A stretch of DNA of 64,000 nucleotides. Origin: Tubiluchus corallicola (Eukaryota; Animalia; Priapulida). The number at the start of each line of letters is the position of its first letter. The stretch's first letter is position 1. Where the stretch lies: the NCBI GenBank assembly GCA_030141605.1, contig JAQGDQ010000444.1, positions 82,737 through 146,736 of the forward strand, written 5' to 3'. The notes beneath the pieces are model-generated. The model did no database searches. It saw only the letters and a program-made list of their open reading frames with translations, and was not told where the DNA came from. Below, piece by piece: positions 24,881 through 36,878 of the stretch. The position numbers and the translations under genes are program-made.

Positions 24881-26227
24881 TCAAGTAGATTCTCATCTGG
24901 AGGATCAAACACAGGCCAAGGCAAGTTCATCTTTAATTGAATTCTAATAAAGATAAAATTTGCTTACACGTTACGCTTGCTGATAAACCGGCGGGCTGTC
25001 TTTGCTTCCTAAATTCATTACAGTACTTACAAGGTAAGGAAAAATTTCATCGTTTAGTTTTATGAAGGTAAGGGAACAGAATTGATTAGATAAAATGAGC
25101 TCTACACCCGCGGCTGTATATGCCTAGACTACTTCCCTGCGTGGAAAATAATAGAATTCTCTACATCAAAGTTTTTTCACCACTCTCCCAAGGCTTGCTC
25201 CCTCCAAATGTATTGTTTTGAGTCGGCTAATTTTACTATTATCCTAGGCGTCCACGCTAAACTGGACATGATATTTCTACTTATAAGGAGGCCGAAATTT
25301 TATTCTGGGGTTTTGGCGATTTCCTCTTTGATGCATGCTACTGTGCGTGTTGCTGAGCCAGTAGTGATGTAAAATTTGTGCTTTGCTTTTCATAGTTAGC
25401 TTTTTGGAAAAAAAATGAACGCATTTTTGCATCTTTGAGGATGCTGTACCAAATTTCTGCTTGTTGTGGAATGCTGTCCATACTTTGATATGTGAGTAAT
25501 GTAAGACCTGTAGGCCTATTACCATTAAAATTCAAAGTGGTTGATTATATATTACATCCCGTAAATGATCATTATTGGTAAAACAATCATGTTCCATTAA
25601 AACATAAAAACATTGCTTGCACATCAAAAAGATTCAATTTATTGGTCTAATAGCGCAAAAATATTATGGTGAGTGGAGTTTTTCGGCTTTAACGTTTATA
25701 TCTAATACAGTTACAAATATAGTTTGCTCCAGACTACACAGATGGCAGAACAGTATTGGATATAAATTTTGGAGTGAATGTCTTTTCAGATTTTAAACCT
25801 GTTTTTCTTGTTTTAAACACAGATTGAAATGTATGCAGAAAAAATTTGTTTCTTATAGATAATCATCTGTGTTTTATGATCATTCTTATATGTGCATGGT
25901 TTTAGTTTTAACAAAATGTACCTTTTACAAATGGATCTGGCTCACACACCCTTCTAATTGCAGAAGCTTTGAGGCTGAGAAACTTTTGAAAAAATGGTAT
26001 TTTAAATATTTTGCTTCTGTAATTTTTCTCACAAATCGTTAAATCTAAATCCTTTAATTATAAACGTTTTATAAGCTTTAAATTTTAAAAACTTAAAAAA
26101 ATTAAATAGCAAAAAAACTTTAGAAATAATTTTGTCTGTTAACCAAGCAGTTTGTGAAATAATATATTGTATTAGTAGATGTGCAATTATTGACAATGAT
26201 TGCCAGTAATTTTTGATAACTGAATAC

Positions 26228-26372
26228 CTTATGGAAAAACGCAGCACCAGTTATAACAATAGACTGTTGACAAATGTGCGACGTAATATACTCCCACGTT
26301 TTGTTTTCAAAATTCCATATATGTGAACGCCCTTCCGTACCAACAATTCTGTAAGGTTGTTGCAGCCATACT
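26228..26372 (-). CDS. EXTL3: EXTL3-type exostosin, coding exon 4
   Basis: aatttcAG|A...AAG|GTattc, 145 nt, phase 2-0; VWLQQPYRIVGTEGRSHIWNFENKTWEYITSHICQQSIVITGAAFFHK. Confidence 0.95.
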
Positions 26373-27704
26373 CTGAAATTAATATAATGATTAGAGGTAA
26401 CGATAATTCACATGTATAAAGCAGTGCATTTTACTTATAATATGACAACTCTGGACTGTTTTGCAATAAAAAACAACAACAATTGGGAAACTGCGGAATT
26501 CTAACAGTGACCGTAACAATTTATAGATTCTACACCATTCAGCAAGCCCAGGCTCCCCAAAATTTTTTAGCAAAAGTTTTAAGGAACACATTGTTGAAAT
26601 TATATTCTAGTCGCTATTGTAATAATTAACTAACTAAGTAAATAATTGATCGAATTGCTTCATTCACGCAAATCAGCTATAGGGCGACAGTTCACTGATG
26701 ACGTGAAGGCAGGAGTGGTCACGTGCTTAGTAATGAATTGGCATATTTTAGCTTTTGCAGTGTTTACTGTTTTCAAGCAGTCATGGCGAGTACAACTCTC
26801 GCCGTTTAGTGTCCTTTTTTCAGGTCGGGAAACTTGAGAAGGCTAACATCATCACTTGTTCCTTTATTACAGCCTCCTGCTACACAAATTCTGGGCATTT
26901 TGTACTCGTATAATACTATAAAAGTTCGTCAGTCAGGTCGAAACGTCACTACAGCAACTACATAGCAGGCACATACATCCCATAATGCTTTTCGGACTAT
27001 CCTCCCATGACGTCGTTCGCCATATGTAGCCGAAATTTGGCGAGTGGGAGGCACAGTAAACCAAATGTTCAAATTGATGAGATCTAATGTGTTTTATTAA
27101 TTGCACACCTAAAAACTGATATTTTCGATTTCACTAGTTCTTTTCTGCTTACGTTGTTGGTTTTCATTATTATAAAAAAAGACTCAACATTTACTTCATT
27201 ATTGCAAATTTTATTTTTATTAAATATCTGTTAAAATATTTATAGACCTAAATATCTACTAAATTTTAATATAATTTATGCCTTTTTTGCATATCTATCA
27301 GCATCTGCGCAAAAGATGTTTCGCAAACAACATTAACTAACCAGAATTCAAGCAATTTTGTATTGCCTTCTCATTAATAATTGGAGGAATGCATGTGTTG
27401 TTGATTCACACTCCTGCACACATGATTTGACCAGCTAGTTATCTGGCCTTAGAAGCCATTCACACCGGATTATTACATATTAACTGTTCTGGTTTCAGTT
27501 TAGAGACATTTGTATTATTTTGTATTTTACAAATATTGCTTTACTCAATCTCAATTTGGGCAGTTTCGCTAGCAATGTTTAATATATAATGAACGTTTGC
27601 TACCCCATTTTTAAAGCAGGAGCAGACACCTTTTAGTTATATTTACGTTGTTAGTCATTAAAGTGGCTGCAAGTGAACTAAAATACCTTTACATAAATAC
27701 TTAC

Positions 27705-27832
27705 CTAAACGCAAAAAGAATATCTTCATGGCTAACTCGAATATCATCATCTAATGACAACACTGCTTGAGTTTCAATTGATCGGTAAGGCTTGAATCTG
27801 TTGTTCAGGCTATTTTTGGACGACTTTATTAC
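27705..27832 (-). CDS. EXTL3: EXTL3-type exostosin, coding exon 3
   Basis: ttgacAG|GTA...TAG|GTAAGT, 128 nt, phase 0-2; VIKSSKNSLNNRFKPYRSIETQAVLSLDDDIRVSHEDILFAFR with NSLNNRF and the DxD (DDD) motif. Confidence 0.96.
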
Positions 27833-27923
27833 CTGTCAATAAAGCAGTGTTGTATGTTATTTCTTGGACAGCATGCCTGCAACTGGTAACCTCTTTGCGT
27901 TCAAGCGATATATGGCGAACCAC

Positions 27924-29760
27924 TTAACCCTTTCAGTCCCATATTATTTTTTAATAAGAAAAAAATTTTGCATAGTGCTAAATTGTTCCGTCCACTTTTG
28001 TTCAGTATTTCCACCTTGTTTACAAATAATAATAATAATATTTTTCTACCTGTGCCCGCGTGCTAAATATATCCGGGGAGGAGGAGAGGGTGGGATAGGA
28101 AGAGAACCCTTCAAATAATGGAACTGCTTTAACCCTAGCACCCTTTGAATAATGGAGCTGCCCCAATACTGTCTAACCCTAATTACCCCAACCCTTCGAT
28201 TAATGGAGCTCTCCAAGTGTAAGACAATTCTTACCTTTATTGTTAAACCTACCTCACATATCCAAATAATGTCTAACTCTAACACTAATCCTAAAACCAT
28301 TAAAATATTGGAACTATCATCCTTCAAATAGTGATCATCCAACCATATATAAAAGTTCCGTAAGTGCGAATCGAACTCGGGTGAGAATGCATGCAAGACC
28401 TCCTCCTTACCTCCTAGGCCACACCGTCATGTAATCAATTGTAGAAACTTGTAGAAATCATTTGTACAATGTAAACGATAATTTTTATGAAAATGTGATT
28501 TTTGATGCTTGGAGAAGTATTTCAGTCACTCTCTCTCTAAATCGAAATTTTCTCTGCAAAGCTTAATTAAATAACACACGTTTATGAATAAATAATGCAC
28601 TTTAACTTGCACATATTACACAATTATTATAAAAGCAATTACATGAGATCGTGACTCATCCTTAGAGCAAGTGTACGTGTGCAAACCTACATCACTTCAA
28701 GTTAGCGTTAAAGCAACCGCGCACGCACAAACGTACACCTCATTTCACACTCTCTCTAAATCAAAATTTTCACTGCAAAACTTAATTAAATAGCACATGT
28801 TTATGATAAGTTGATGTGCTCTAACGTGTATGTCTTCGTGTATTACGCAATCATAAAAACAACTGCATAAGATAATTATGCATTCTTAGAGCAACCATGC
28901 GTGCGCAAAACCACCATCTCATTTCACAACAAGATAGACCAACCGCGCATGCGCAAACCTACATTACTTATACCACATTTAACACATGCAAAGTAATACG
29001 TATCGGTGTGGCCTAAGTGGTACCTTGGATCAAATCCCACTTAAGGAAAACTTTCATATAGTTAGGGTTAAGGCAGTTCCATTAATTGAAGGGTGTTAGG
29101 GTTAGGGTTAGACAGTATTTGAAGGGTGTTAGGGTTAGGGCAGTTCCATTATTTGAAGGGTGTTACGGTTAGGGCAGTTCCATTATTTGAAGGGTGTTAG
29201 GGTTAATGCAGTACCATTATTTGAAGGGTCCTCCCCCTCCCCTCCCCTCCGCCTTCCAGCCGACATGCGCCGGCCATGACATCATCAAAAAATGAGGCAC
29301 AGCCCGACCCTCCAAAATTTAAAGGTCAAGGCCACACAGTCCGGTAACTTTATCCCTACTAACAATTTCTTCAGATAGTAGGCCACGTGACTTAATAAGT
29401 TCAAGTAACAACTAACTTTGCTAGTACCTGCAAAAAGCTAGTTACTCCAAACTTGCTGATTCCGAACTCCATTGATTTCTCAAATTTGCACTTTTTAACA
29501 AAGGGTAACACCATACATAAAAAATACTGCAGCCTAAAAAGTGCAGAGAGCTTTGTTTTTTCCACTTTTAATAATCAGCGCGCAACTAGAGGTTTAAAGG
29601 TGTTTTTTGCGTTTTTTTTCAAAACTACCAAAATGGAGTTGCCAAGTTTGTTTTTTGAGAAACTAGTAATATCTCATTGATGGTTTAGCATTGGAATCAC
29701 TAAAAATCCTGTCAATATGTGTAGATTTTTGTGGATTTTAGATTAACTTAAAGAGGTTAA
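27924..29760. mobile_element. Possible piggyBac-like non-autonomous element enclosing the foldback structure
   Basis: TTAA-CCCTTTCAGT at left and ACTTAAAGAGG-TTAA at right form imperfect inverted termini with TTAA flanks. Confidence 0.3.
28049..29301. repeat. Foldback structure: two inverted arms, each a tRNA-like head plus 34-bp TTAGGG-containing minisatellite, around a ~220-bp direct duplication
   Basis: Left arm (-) A-box TGGCCTAGGAGG 28410..28421 and B-box GAGTTCGATTC 28368..28378; right arm (+) cggtgtggcctaagtggta 29004; unit gaagggtgttagggttagggcagttccattattt at 29121, 29155, 29189, reversed at ~28105..28210; internal duplicate 28528/28748. Confidence 0.75.
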
Positions 29761-30162
29761 ACAAGTTAAAGCTCAACTTATGCAATTTAACAAAACCAGG
29801 CAGGTAAGAAAAATGATTCATCACTACAGCATGATCTACGTAAACGAAAGTGAAGTTGAAGAAATTACGAGTTTATAACTTAAACGCCTGAATCAGTTCA
29901 TAACGTCTAGGAAAGCAGCTAACCCCCCCCCCCCAAAAAATAAAAAATATTGCTATTTTCGCATGTATAAGGGCCGCTCTTCACAGAACTAGCATTTGTT
30001 AATTTGGGAAAACAGGAATGCACGAGGGTAGGCACAGTAATATCTTCATGGCCAAGTTTCATTCCTGCTGATACAATTGAATTGTTTGCTTATGAATTAC
30101 GTGTGTTTAATGAATTGTTAGATTATTCAATCATGCTAAAAATAATTATTTCATTCACTTAC

Positions 30163-30317
30163 TACAACTGGTACTTTGATGTCAGGCCATGCAAGTACAT
30201 TTGGTGATACATCCAAATCATTCCAAATAACCAGCACCTTTGTGAGATGTGGCAAGCCTTCTAGTGCCTCTAAGGATTTTATTAGAATTCCGTGTCTTTT
30301 ATATGCTACCATAATGA
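30163..30317 (-). CDS. EXTL3: EXTL3-type exostosin, coding exon 2 (start of GT64 domain)
   Basis: cttttaattttAG|TC...GTA|GTAAGT, 155 nt, phase 1-0; (V)IMVAYKRHGILIKSLEALEGLPHLTKVLVIWNDLDVSPNVLAWPDIKVPVV. Confidence 0.94.
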
Positions 30318-30839
30318 CTAAAATTAAAAGCAAATAAATATAAGTAATAAAGTAGTAAGCGGTTGTTTTTGGCAGCATAAAATATTGAAGATTTCTCCAT
30401 CATTGTCTTTTGATGCTTGTTATAACATTGGAGGTCGTTACCAAATTATTACTACCCACGCTGTGAGTTTTATAACCCACAGTTTATAACCCGAATTTCT
30501 GTTGAATAATTTAAGATTATAAAAAACTGTAAAATGACAATTGACCTTGGACCTTTAAAGCAATGTATGAAGAACTTGCAGTTCTGTCCTATACTGTGCT
30601 TGTTCTTACCATCGGTGTCGATCATGCAAGTAGCAGTGCCATAGCTATGAATTGATTTGGAGGCTAGAACAGAAGATAACAAGTATCTAACAACGGAAAC
30701 ATTGGCTCAAAGTTGCAGTTTACTACACAGTTTGCTTCAGCTGTCATTCAAGTTTCAGTTATTCAAAGTTTGACCTTGACACTTACTCTTACTCTCAGGA
30801 TAACATCAAAACATGTTTCATGACTGTAGCTACACACCA

Positions 30840-31340
30840 TTTCATATGGTGATCATGATGTTGATGACTATGATGATGATGACGACACCACAGCACCAAC
30901 ACCAACACCAGCAAAACCATGCAAAACATTTTGTACAAAGTCGAAACTTTATGCTGTAATAAATGTTCTTAGCCTGCCTATCAATGATCAATAAGGCGCG
31001 GACAATCTAAATAGTTTTGTTTGCTGCTTCTCAGGTTATAATTAGGCTAACAGAACTTACGTACGTGTGTAATCTGTAACACCGTAGAATGACAGGTGAA
31101 GACAATGCTTGAAACAGCCGCGAAATTTCCCAAATTGAAAGACTATAGATGCTTCAAATAGCGTGCAGCACGGGGGGGGGGGGTAAAAACAACCTCGAAA
31201 ATAAACCCTCCCGTTTCGTCTAGTTAGACATTTCTCCTAGTGAAACCTTCAGCGTTTGTAGACCGTTTCGTAGTCTTTCTGCGAGTCTGTTTCTTTACTT
31301 GCCCAAACAGTTGCACAATTTGAGTTTTTCTAGAGGCTTT
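30840..31340. repeat. Diverged repeat, direct copy at ~32470..32960
   Basis: Shared gatgatgatgacgac...accaacaccaaca...gcaaaac.ttttg; gacaatgc.tg.aa.agccgcg.aatttc; tgcccaaacagttgcac. Confidence 0.7.
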
Positions 31341-31409
31341 TTGGGCAGCTTTCAGCTGCATTTTAGGACGTCGCCGGCGTGAGGAGCTGCGATGAGTTGA
31401 TTAGAGGTT

Positions 31410-31620
31410 ACATTTTCGGCGATTCTAGCTTGGAAAACTGCTGGCGTAAAGCCATTGTTCTGACGTCATCCATATATACTCTGCTTACAACTTTACAACT
31501 TTAATTCAGTAAAAGCTGCTGCTAGCTTTACGGTACAAATGAGGACTATGTATGATGCTCGAGTATTGTTGCTTATAAGTGTGTTTATACGCATTTTTTA
31601 CGGGGCCTTTGTTAGTCTAG
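31410..31620 (+). mobile_element. 3' fragment of the Helitron-like repeat
   Basis: gcttggaaaactgctg.cg.aaagccattgttctga.gtcatcc...ggggcctttgttagtctag matches 8030..8206. Confidence 0.7.
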
Positions 31621-32309
31621 AATTATTCCACAAGTGCGCAGTTTATTATCCAAGTTGTTCACGAACGTTATTATTACTTCTGCTTTCACTGCAGTGGTTG
31701 AGAATTTTTTCTAAAACCATATTAAAAATTAGGTAATATGTTACTTGTCATGACAAACTTGTTAAATATCGTGTAAATCACATTTCTAAAAGTCTAGTTA
31801 CACGTGTAGCTGTAGGTGAATACAAATATGAATGTAAATTTAAAATCCTAATACTGTGGCCTCGGGCAAAGTTGCCACATCATCGTCATTTTTCAGTCTT
31901 AATACATTTTGTACTGCTGGAATCTGTCGTATGACAGTTATGCGGATAACAACAAATTTTAGCGTCATAACGACTTTCAGTATCCATAAAACAAGAAAAA
32001 ATCAAAATACAACATGAGTGAAAATATAATCAAATTATTCGCTAGTTTGTCAAACTGTCCTTAAATTCTATAACATTTGCTTAATACATGCAGATGTAAC
32101 ATACAACGTAATTTAGACACAACTACACAATCTATAGAAGCACAAAGTAATCGAGACAGAAAGTGTCTGTAAGAGCAAGGCTAGTCCTCTGCCTCAAGTT
32201 TGTTCTCATAAGCAAAACAATTTAACCAATCACAAATAATTAAACAGTCTCATTAAAACTGTTAAGTTAAGGTATTGTAAGAACAAATTAGAAGGATACA
32301 AAAATAATA

Positions 32310-33250
32310 CCAAGACTAGCCAAACCCCTTAAAACATTTACCTATATAAACCCACAACGACAAATCACACCACAACACCTGGTCCCTCGCCACATCACCA
32401 CATTACCCACACACACCCACCACACCACACGATCCGCAACACATGTATCACACCACCACACCCACCACATCACATGTGATGATGATGACGACAACGATTA
32501 CGACACCTACAGTACCAACACCAACAGTACAGCAGTAGAACGAAGTCAAGCAAAACGTTTTGCATCAATTTGAAACTGTGTGATACGATAAACGCTACAA
32601 GATCCATCCACAAATGTTCAATAATGCATGGACATTCTACATAGTCTTTGCGTTTATTTCTCGAACGATAATGACCTAAGAGATAGAAATTACATGTACA
32701 ATCTATAACACAATAGAACGCGGGTGATGACAATGCCTGGAAGAGCCGCGTAATTTCTTAGCTTCAATAACAATGGGTATTCCAAATACCGTGTGCACGG
32801 GGGGTGATATGACTTTGAAATACACCCTTCCCATTTCGCCTAGTGGACATCTCTCCCAATGAAATTTTCCTGCGTTGTGCCTTCCATTTTGTCCTCTTTC
32901 AGTGAATTTGTCTATTTTTCCCAACATGCCCAAACAGTTGCACGAACAAAGTTTTTCTGGAGATTGTTCGTACATTTGGGTGTACAGACCACTGCCGGAC
33001 GCCGTGGTCCACCCGGGAATTCTAAACACACCTGCTGCGCCCATCGCAGAATGCGCAATTCTGCCATTATAAGCACTGGTTCTCGGTACAATACTGATCT
33101 AAAGAAATAAATGATGTAAATTGTGCAGAAAACTGCCAAAAATGGCCATCTTTGGTGGTTTTTTGCCCCCGATCATACCAGGGAGCCTCATTCGAAAAAC
33201 AAACCCCCAGTGGGACAACACGAAATGTAAGCCATGATATAACGTCTTAT
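32310..33250 (-). mobile_element. Diverged relative of the Helitron-like repeat with CA-rich interior
   Basis: gccgtgg...gaattctaaa, aaaatggccat, ttcgaaaaa.aaacc shared with 23060..23270; actagccaaaccc at ~32315 resembles the CTAG end. Confidence 0.55.
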
Positions 33251-35197
33251 ACAACTGAAACTAATATTATAGAGATGACGTGTAATGTAATAAGACAAAG
33301 AATGAAAAAATAAATAAAAAATTGTGCTACATGTAACACCAATTAAACAACAAAATGCAACACTTTCAGCAATAAAAAATAAAACAGTAACGACTGATAG
33401 AGTCATTGCAGAGTATTTTAAATGTTACTTTGCTACCATTGCAGCTGGCATACTTTGCCTGTTGATAATCTCACTTTTTTCTGGAAATACGTAGTAATTC
33501 TGCTTCAGCTAGTTTTGCTAACAAGCAATGGTTTACCTTAAAATTGAGATTAAGTGGGCATTAAAAGGATCATTATTATTCTGTAAATGAGAAAATAACT
33601 ATTTGAAGTAATTTTTAAACAAATGAACTCACTAGTCTAGGTATCAACCGAGAATGCACAGCAAGTAATGCTTAATTTAACAAAACGGAACTAGCTAAGT
33701 TCCTGCGTATGCTGGTCTCACCTTATTGTATTGAAACCCCAAGGAAAAACTCTTACGTTTATAAGGACACATTTTACTTCATCTCCAATAATGGACTTAC
33801 TGAGTTTTTGTGAAAACAGGAATATTCATGACCATCAAATTCGCTTATCGAAACAGGAGTGACTAGTTATTTGTATAAAGGTCGCAGGTGGCGAAATGTA
33901 ACAGCAGCCTTTTTATCAATTTCTATTGGCTAATGCTAGAACTAATGAAACATCACATAGAAGCCACTTATCCTTACAAAAACAATGTGTTTTATTTCTT
34001 TAGCTAAAAATGGAAACCACTCAAAATAACACAAAGCTTTGTATTGATGAGTAGCAAACAAAACAATTAAAATCTATTCGATTTTTAGAGTTATGCTACT
34101 ATTTTTCCCCTTCGAGTGGGCATCTTTGGTTGGATTAGGAGCAGTTATTGCTTGGGAGAGTCACAACTTATTCTTTTATTAATATTTTCTACTTCCACAC
34201 ATAACCATGTTCTTAATTACTTGTCGTTTTTTCTATTTTCCTATGTTTCTTGCTTGCATTCACTTTATTCGCAATCATCAAGTTCATACAAGCCCTGCTT
34301 CCTGATTACTATGCAGCAAGGACAATGTTTCTATGATTTTCCTTTGTTTGTATAAGACTGGATTAGTAATTTTTACTGTATTGGATTAGAAGGCTATTTC
34401 CAGGTAGCCAGGTGAAGATAAATGTACCCTGAAGTAACTTTTTCAAAAGTGAGCGTAGCCTGGCCACGTGATGTGGGAAAATCTGTTAAAGGTAGTGAGT
34501 GTTGTGTCAATAACTGGAAAAGTGCAGGAGCTAGGACAACGAAACATAAATAGCTTGAAACTTGACTAACCGCTGAAACAATTGCATGACATACTGCAAC
34601 CTTGAATTAACTAGTCACAGTTAATAAATATTTGTCATTTTGTGCTATTGCCTCTAATGGATTCAAAATCACAGCAATGAGAGCGATTGATTTAGCGAAT
34701 GACGCCTGAGAGGTAAGCGCTAAGATATCTAAAGTGAACGCTAAGACAAACAAACAATAAGCAATTATATGAAAAGGTCAAGGTCGTTTTTCTCTTTTTC
34801 TTATATTCTTAAATTATGCAATAGAACTTCGAAAGTGTATACAAGTAATTAAGAATTATAAAGCTCACGCTCACAGCACTGATAGTCAGGGCTGGAATAG
34901 CGACACCACTTTTTGACCTTCGACCTCTGTTGGCCATGTCAGAAGACAATGAGGGCAAAATATTCAGTTTCTTATGCAGTCAGCAAGAATAGCCAACTAG
35001 TGTTTCAATTAACAATACTTAGAAAAAATAATGTTCTTATGTTGCTCTTGCATGGATATTAATATTAATCAGTTATAATTACAACATTTGCAGAATATCA
35101 GTGTTGGGCTTAGCCATGTCAAAAACTCATCTATCACAGTGCACATTTTCTATAAAATCATATTGTCAGAGGTGCAAAAATGACATAAGCAGCTTAC

Positions 35198-36878
35198 CTG
35201 TAAAATGGGCCCTGTTGTTTAAAAAAGATCCATAAGAAATATAAGAAGGAATGGGATCGATGATGCTATTCCATTCATCAGTCAAACAAGCCCATGAGAA
35301 AGAGGAGACATTCGGTGGTGGGTTGTGTTCTTCTGAAGAAGTTGGTGTTACTTCTAAAACAGTATAGGTATCATCACTGGCAGGTATGGATGGGAAAAGT
35401 AACCTTGCGCGAACTTGCTCCACGACTGCGTCGACGACAGATTGAACTGACGAAAAATAACGCTCCCATAGAATCCGACCATGACGTCTCAGTTTAAAAA
35501 TATTGTCATCAGTGATAGCAGCAAGAAAAAAGTTTAATTCTGAAATGCGACCAGGTGGTAAAAAGAGTATAGCCTTTTTCCAATTGACATGTTCGTCAAA
35601 AGGCAGCCTAACAGATCCCAGTATCACAGGGATAGAACCATATTTTAACGATTCTGATAAACGTTTACTTGTCAACGAAGCAGAAACAAGGTATTTATTG
35701 TCTGGAGAAATTATCAACGTAAATGTTGATCTCTTCAAGATGAGCGATCTAGCCTGTTCACTTTTGCATAAGTTCCATAGAAAATAAAAATTATCACTGT
35801 CCATAGGCTTAATTTTAGAGCGACAACGAAAGTCAAAATGAAAATTCACATGAGCAGACGACGCCATCTTTTTTAAAGCTTGAACAACAGCTTGAGTCTC
35901 TAAGTATGCTGTACTATTCCAGTTCTCTTTAGTTTCTGACGATTTTCTCAATGTGGTACCACCACTGTTTGAATACAGCCCTATGCATTCTCCACAAAAT
36001 GAAAGCAAGTACTTTCTTCTGGGAGGTAGCAAAGGAGGACGTCGGTTCCAGGTATCATCTGGATCAATTTCTTGCAAAGCTGGAACAATGACATCAAAAC
36101 CAGGCCTAAAAACATTGCTGTAAAAGGTAGAACGAGCAACCATAGCCCAATCAAGAACGCTTCCTAAATTATCGTAGATATGTTCGTCTGAGTCAGACAG
36201 GAAAAAAATAATGTGGTTCATACCAACTTGATTCCAATAACGCAAAGATTTAAGCTGCAACTGTAATTGGGTTCTTGTCGCATTTCCTAAAAAGGCAATA
36301 AAGATGCACGCTTTTTTTGGGTCCTTGGTAAAATAAGGGCTACGAGAGATGCCTGTAATGATCGATGATTTGAGATTATTACTCACGTGATGATAGACAA
36401 CATTTTGCTCTTCTAAGTAAACATAAATTAAAAATTTAGATGATAAGGCGCAGCGTGAATAATCAATGCACGTATAAGAATCACACTTTTTAAAAGATTT
36501 AGCGTAACTTCCAATTATAGCTGACTCGCTATTAGTAAACGAATTTCCACTGTTTGATAAAGATATATCATTTTCTAAATAGTTAGTTAATATTTTTTCA
36601 CGTTGCGCCCGTTCCTCTATTTCAACTTCACTAGCTTCAACTTCATTATCTAATGTGTTGAGGTATTGCTGGTCTCCAAGCTGTAGGTCCAATTCTGCAC
36701 TCTCAAGCAAATCAGTATTTCGTTTAAGCACACTCTTTTTTTTAGGTTCAACTAGCCAATCGCTGCCTAGAAAAATCATACAAATAATGAATAGGGTGAT
36801 AATAATGCTTAAAATTTTACTACTACCACGAAAACATATTTGATTCCAGGGCGAAATGTATTGCGACAAGAATGTCAT
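35198..36878 (-). CDS. EXTL3: EXTL3-type exostosin, coding exon 1 (TM, coiled coil, GT47/exostosin domain)
   Basis: First in-frame ATG at 36878 (track start 36911 is TTG); TM helix; CIDYSRCALSSKFLIYVY, ACIF, LRYWNQVGMNH, FRPGFDV, RKYLLSF, STFTLII, RLSESLKYGSIPVILG, LPF, GRILWERYF; donor CAG|GTAAGC at 35198/35197, phase 1; six exons total 2433 nt = 810 aa without internal stops. Confidence 0.95.

Noticed and set aside
28360-28430. Functional tRNA gene
   Set aside because: A/B boxes present but no convincing acceptor-stem pairing; embedded in a repeat arm
29060-29230. CRISPR-like array (also 51645..52050, 61490..62080, 63620..63940)
   Set aside because: Whole units repeat with no unique spacers; eukaryotic context with no cas genes
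33537-34482. Three AG/GT-bounded segments in EXTL3 intron 1 tested as the missing linker exon
   Set aside because: Wrong phase or stop codon, and no similarity to the Gly-rich linker
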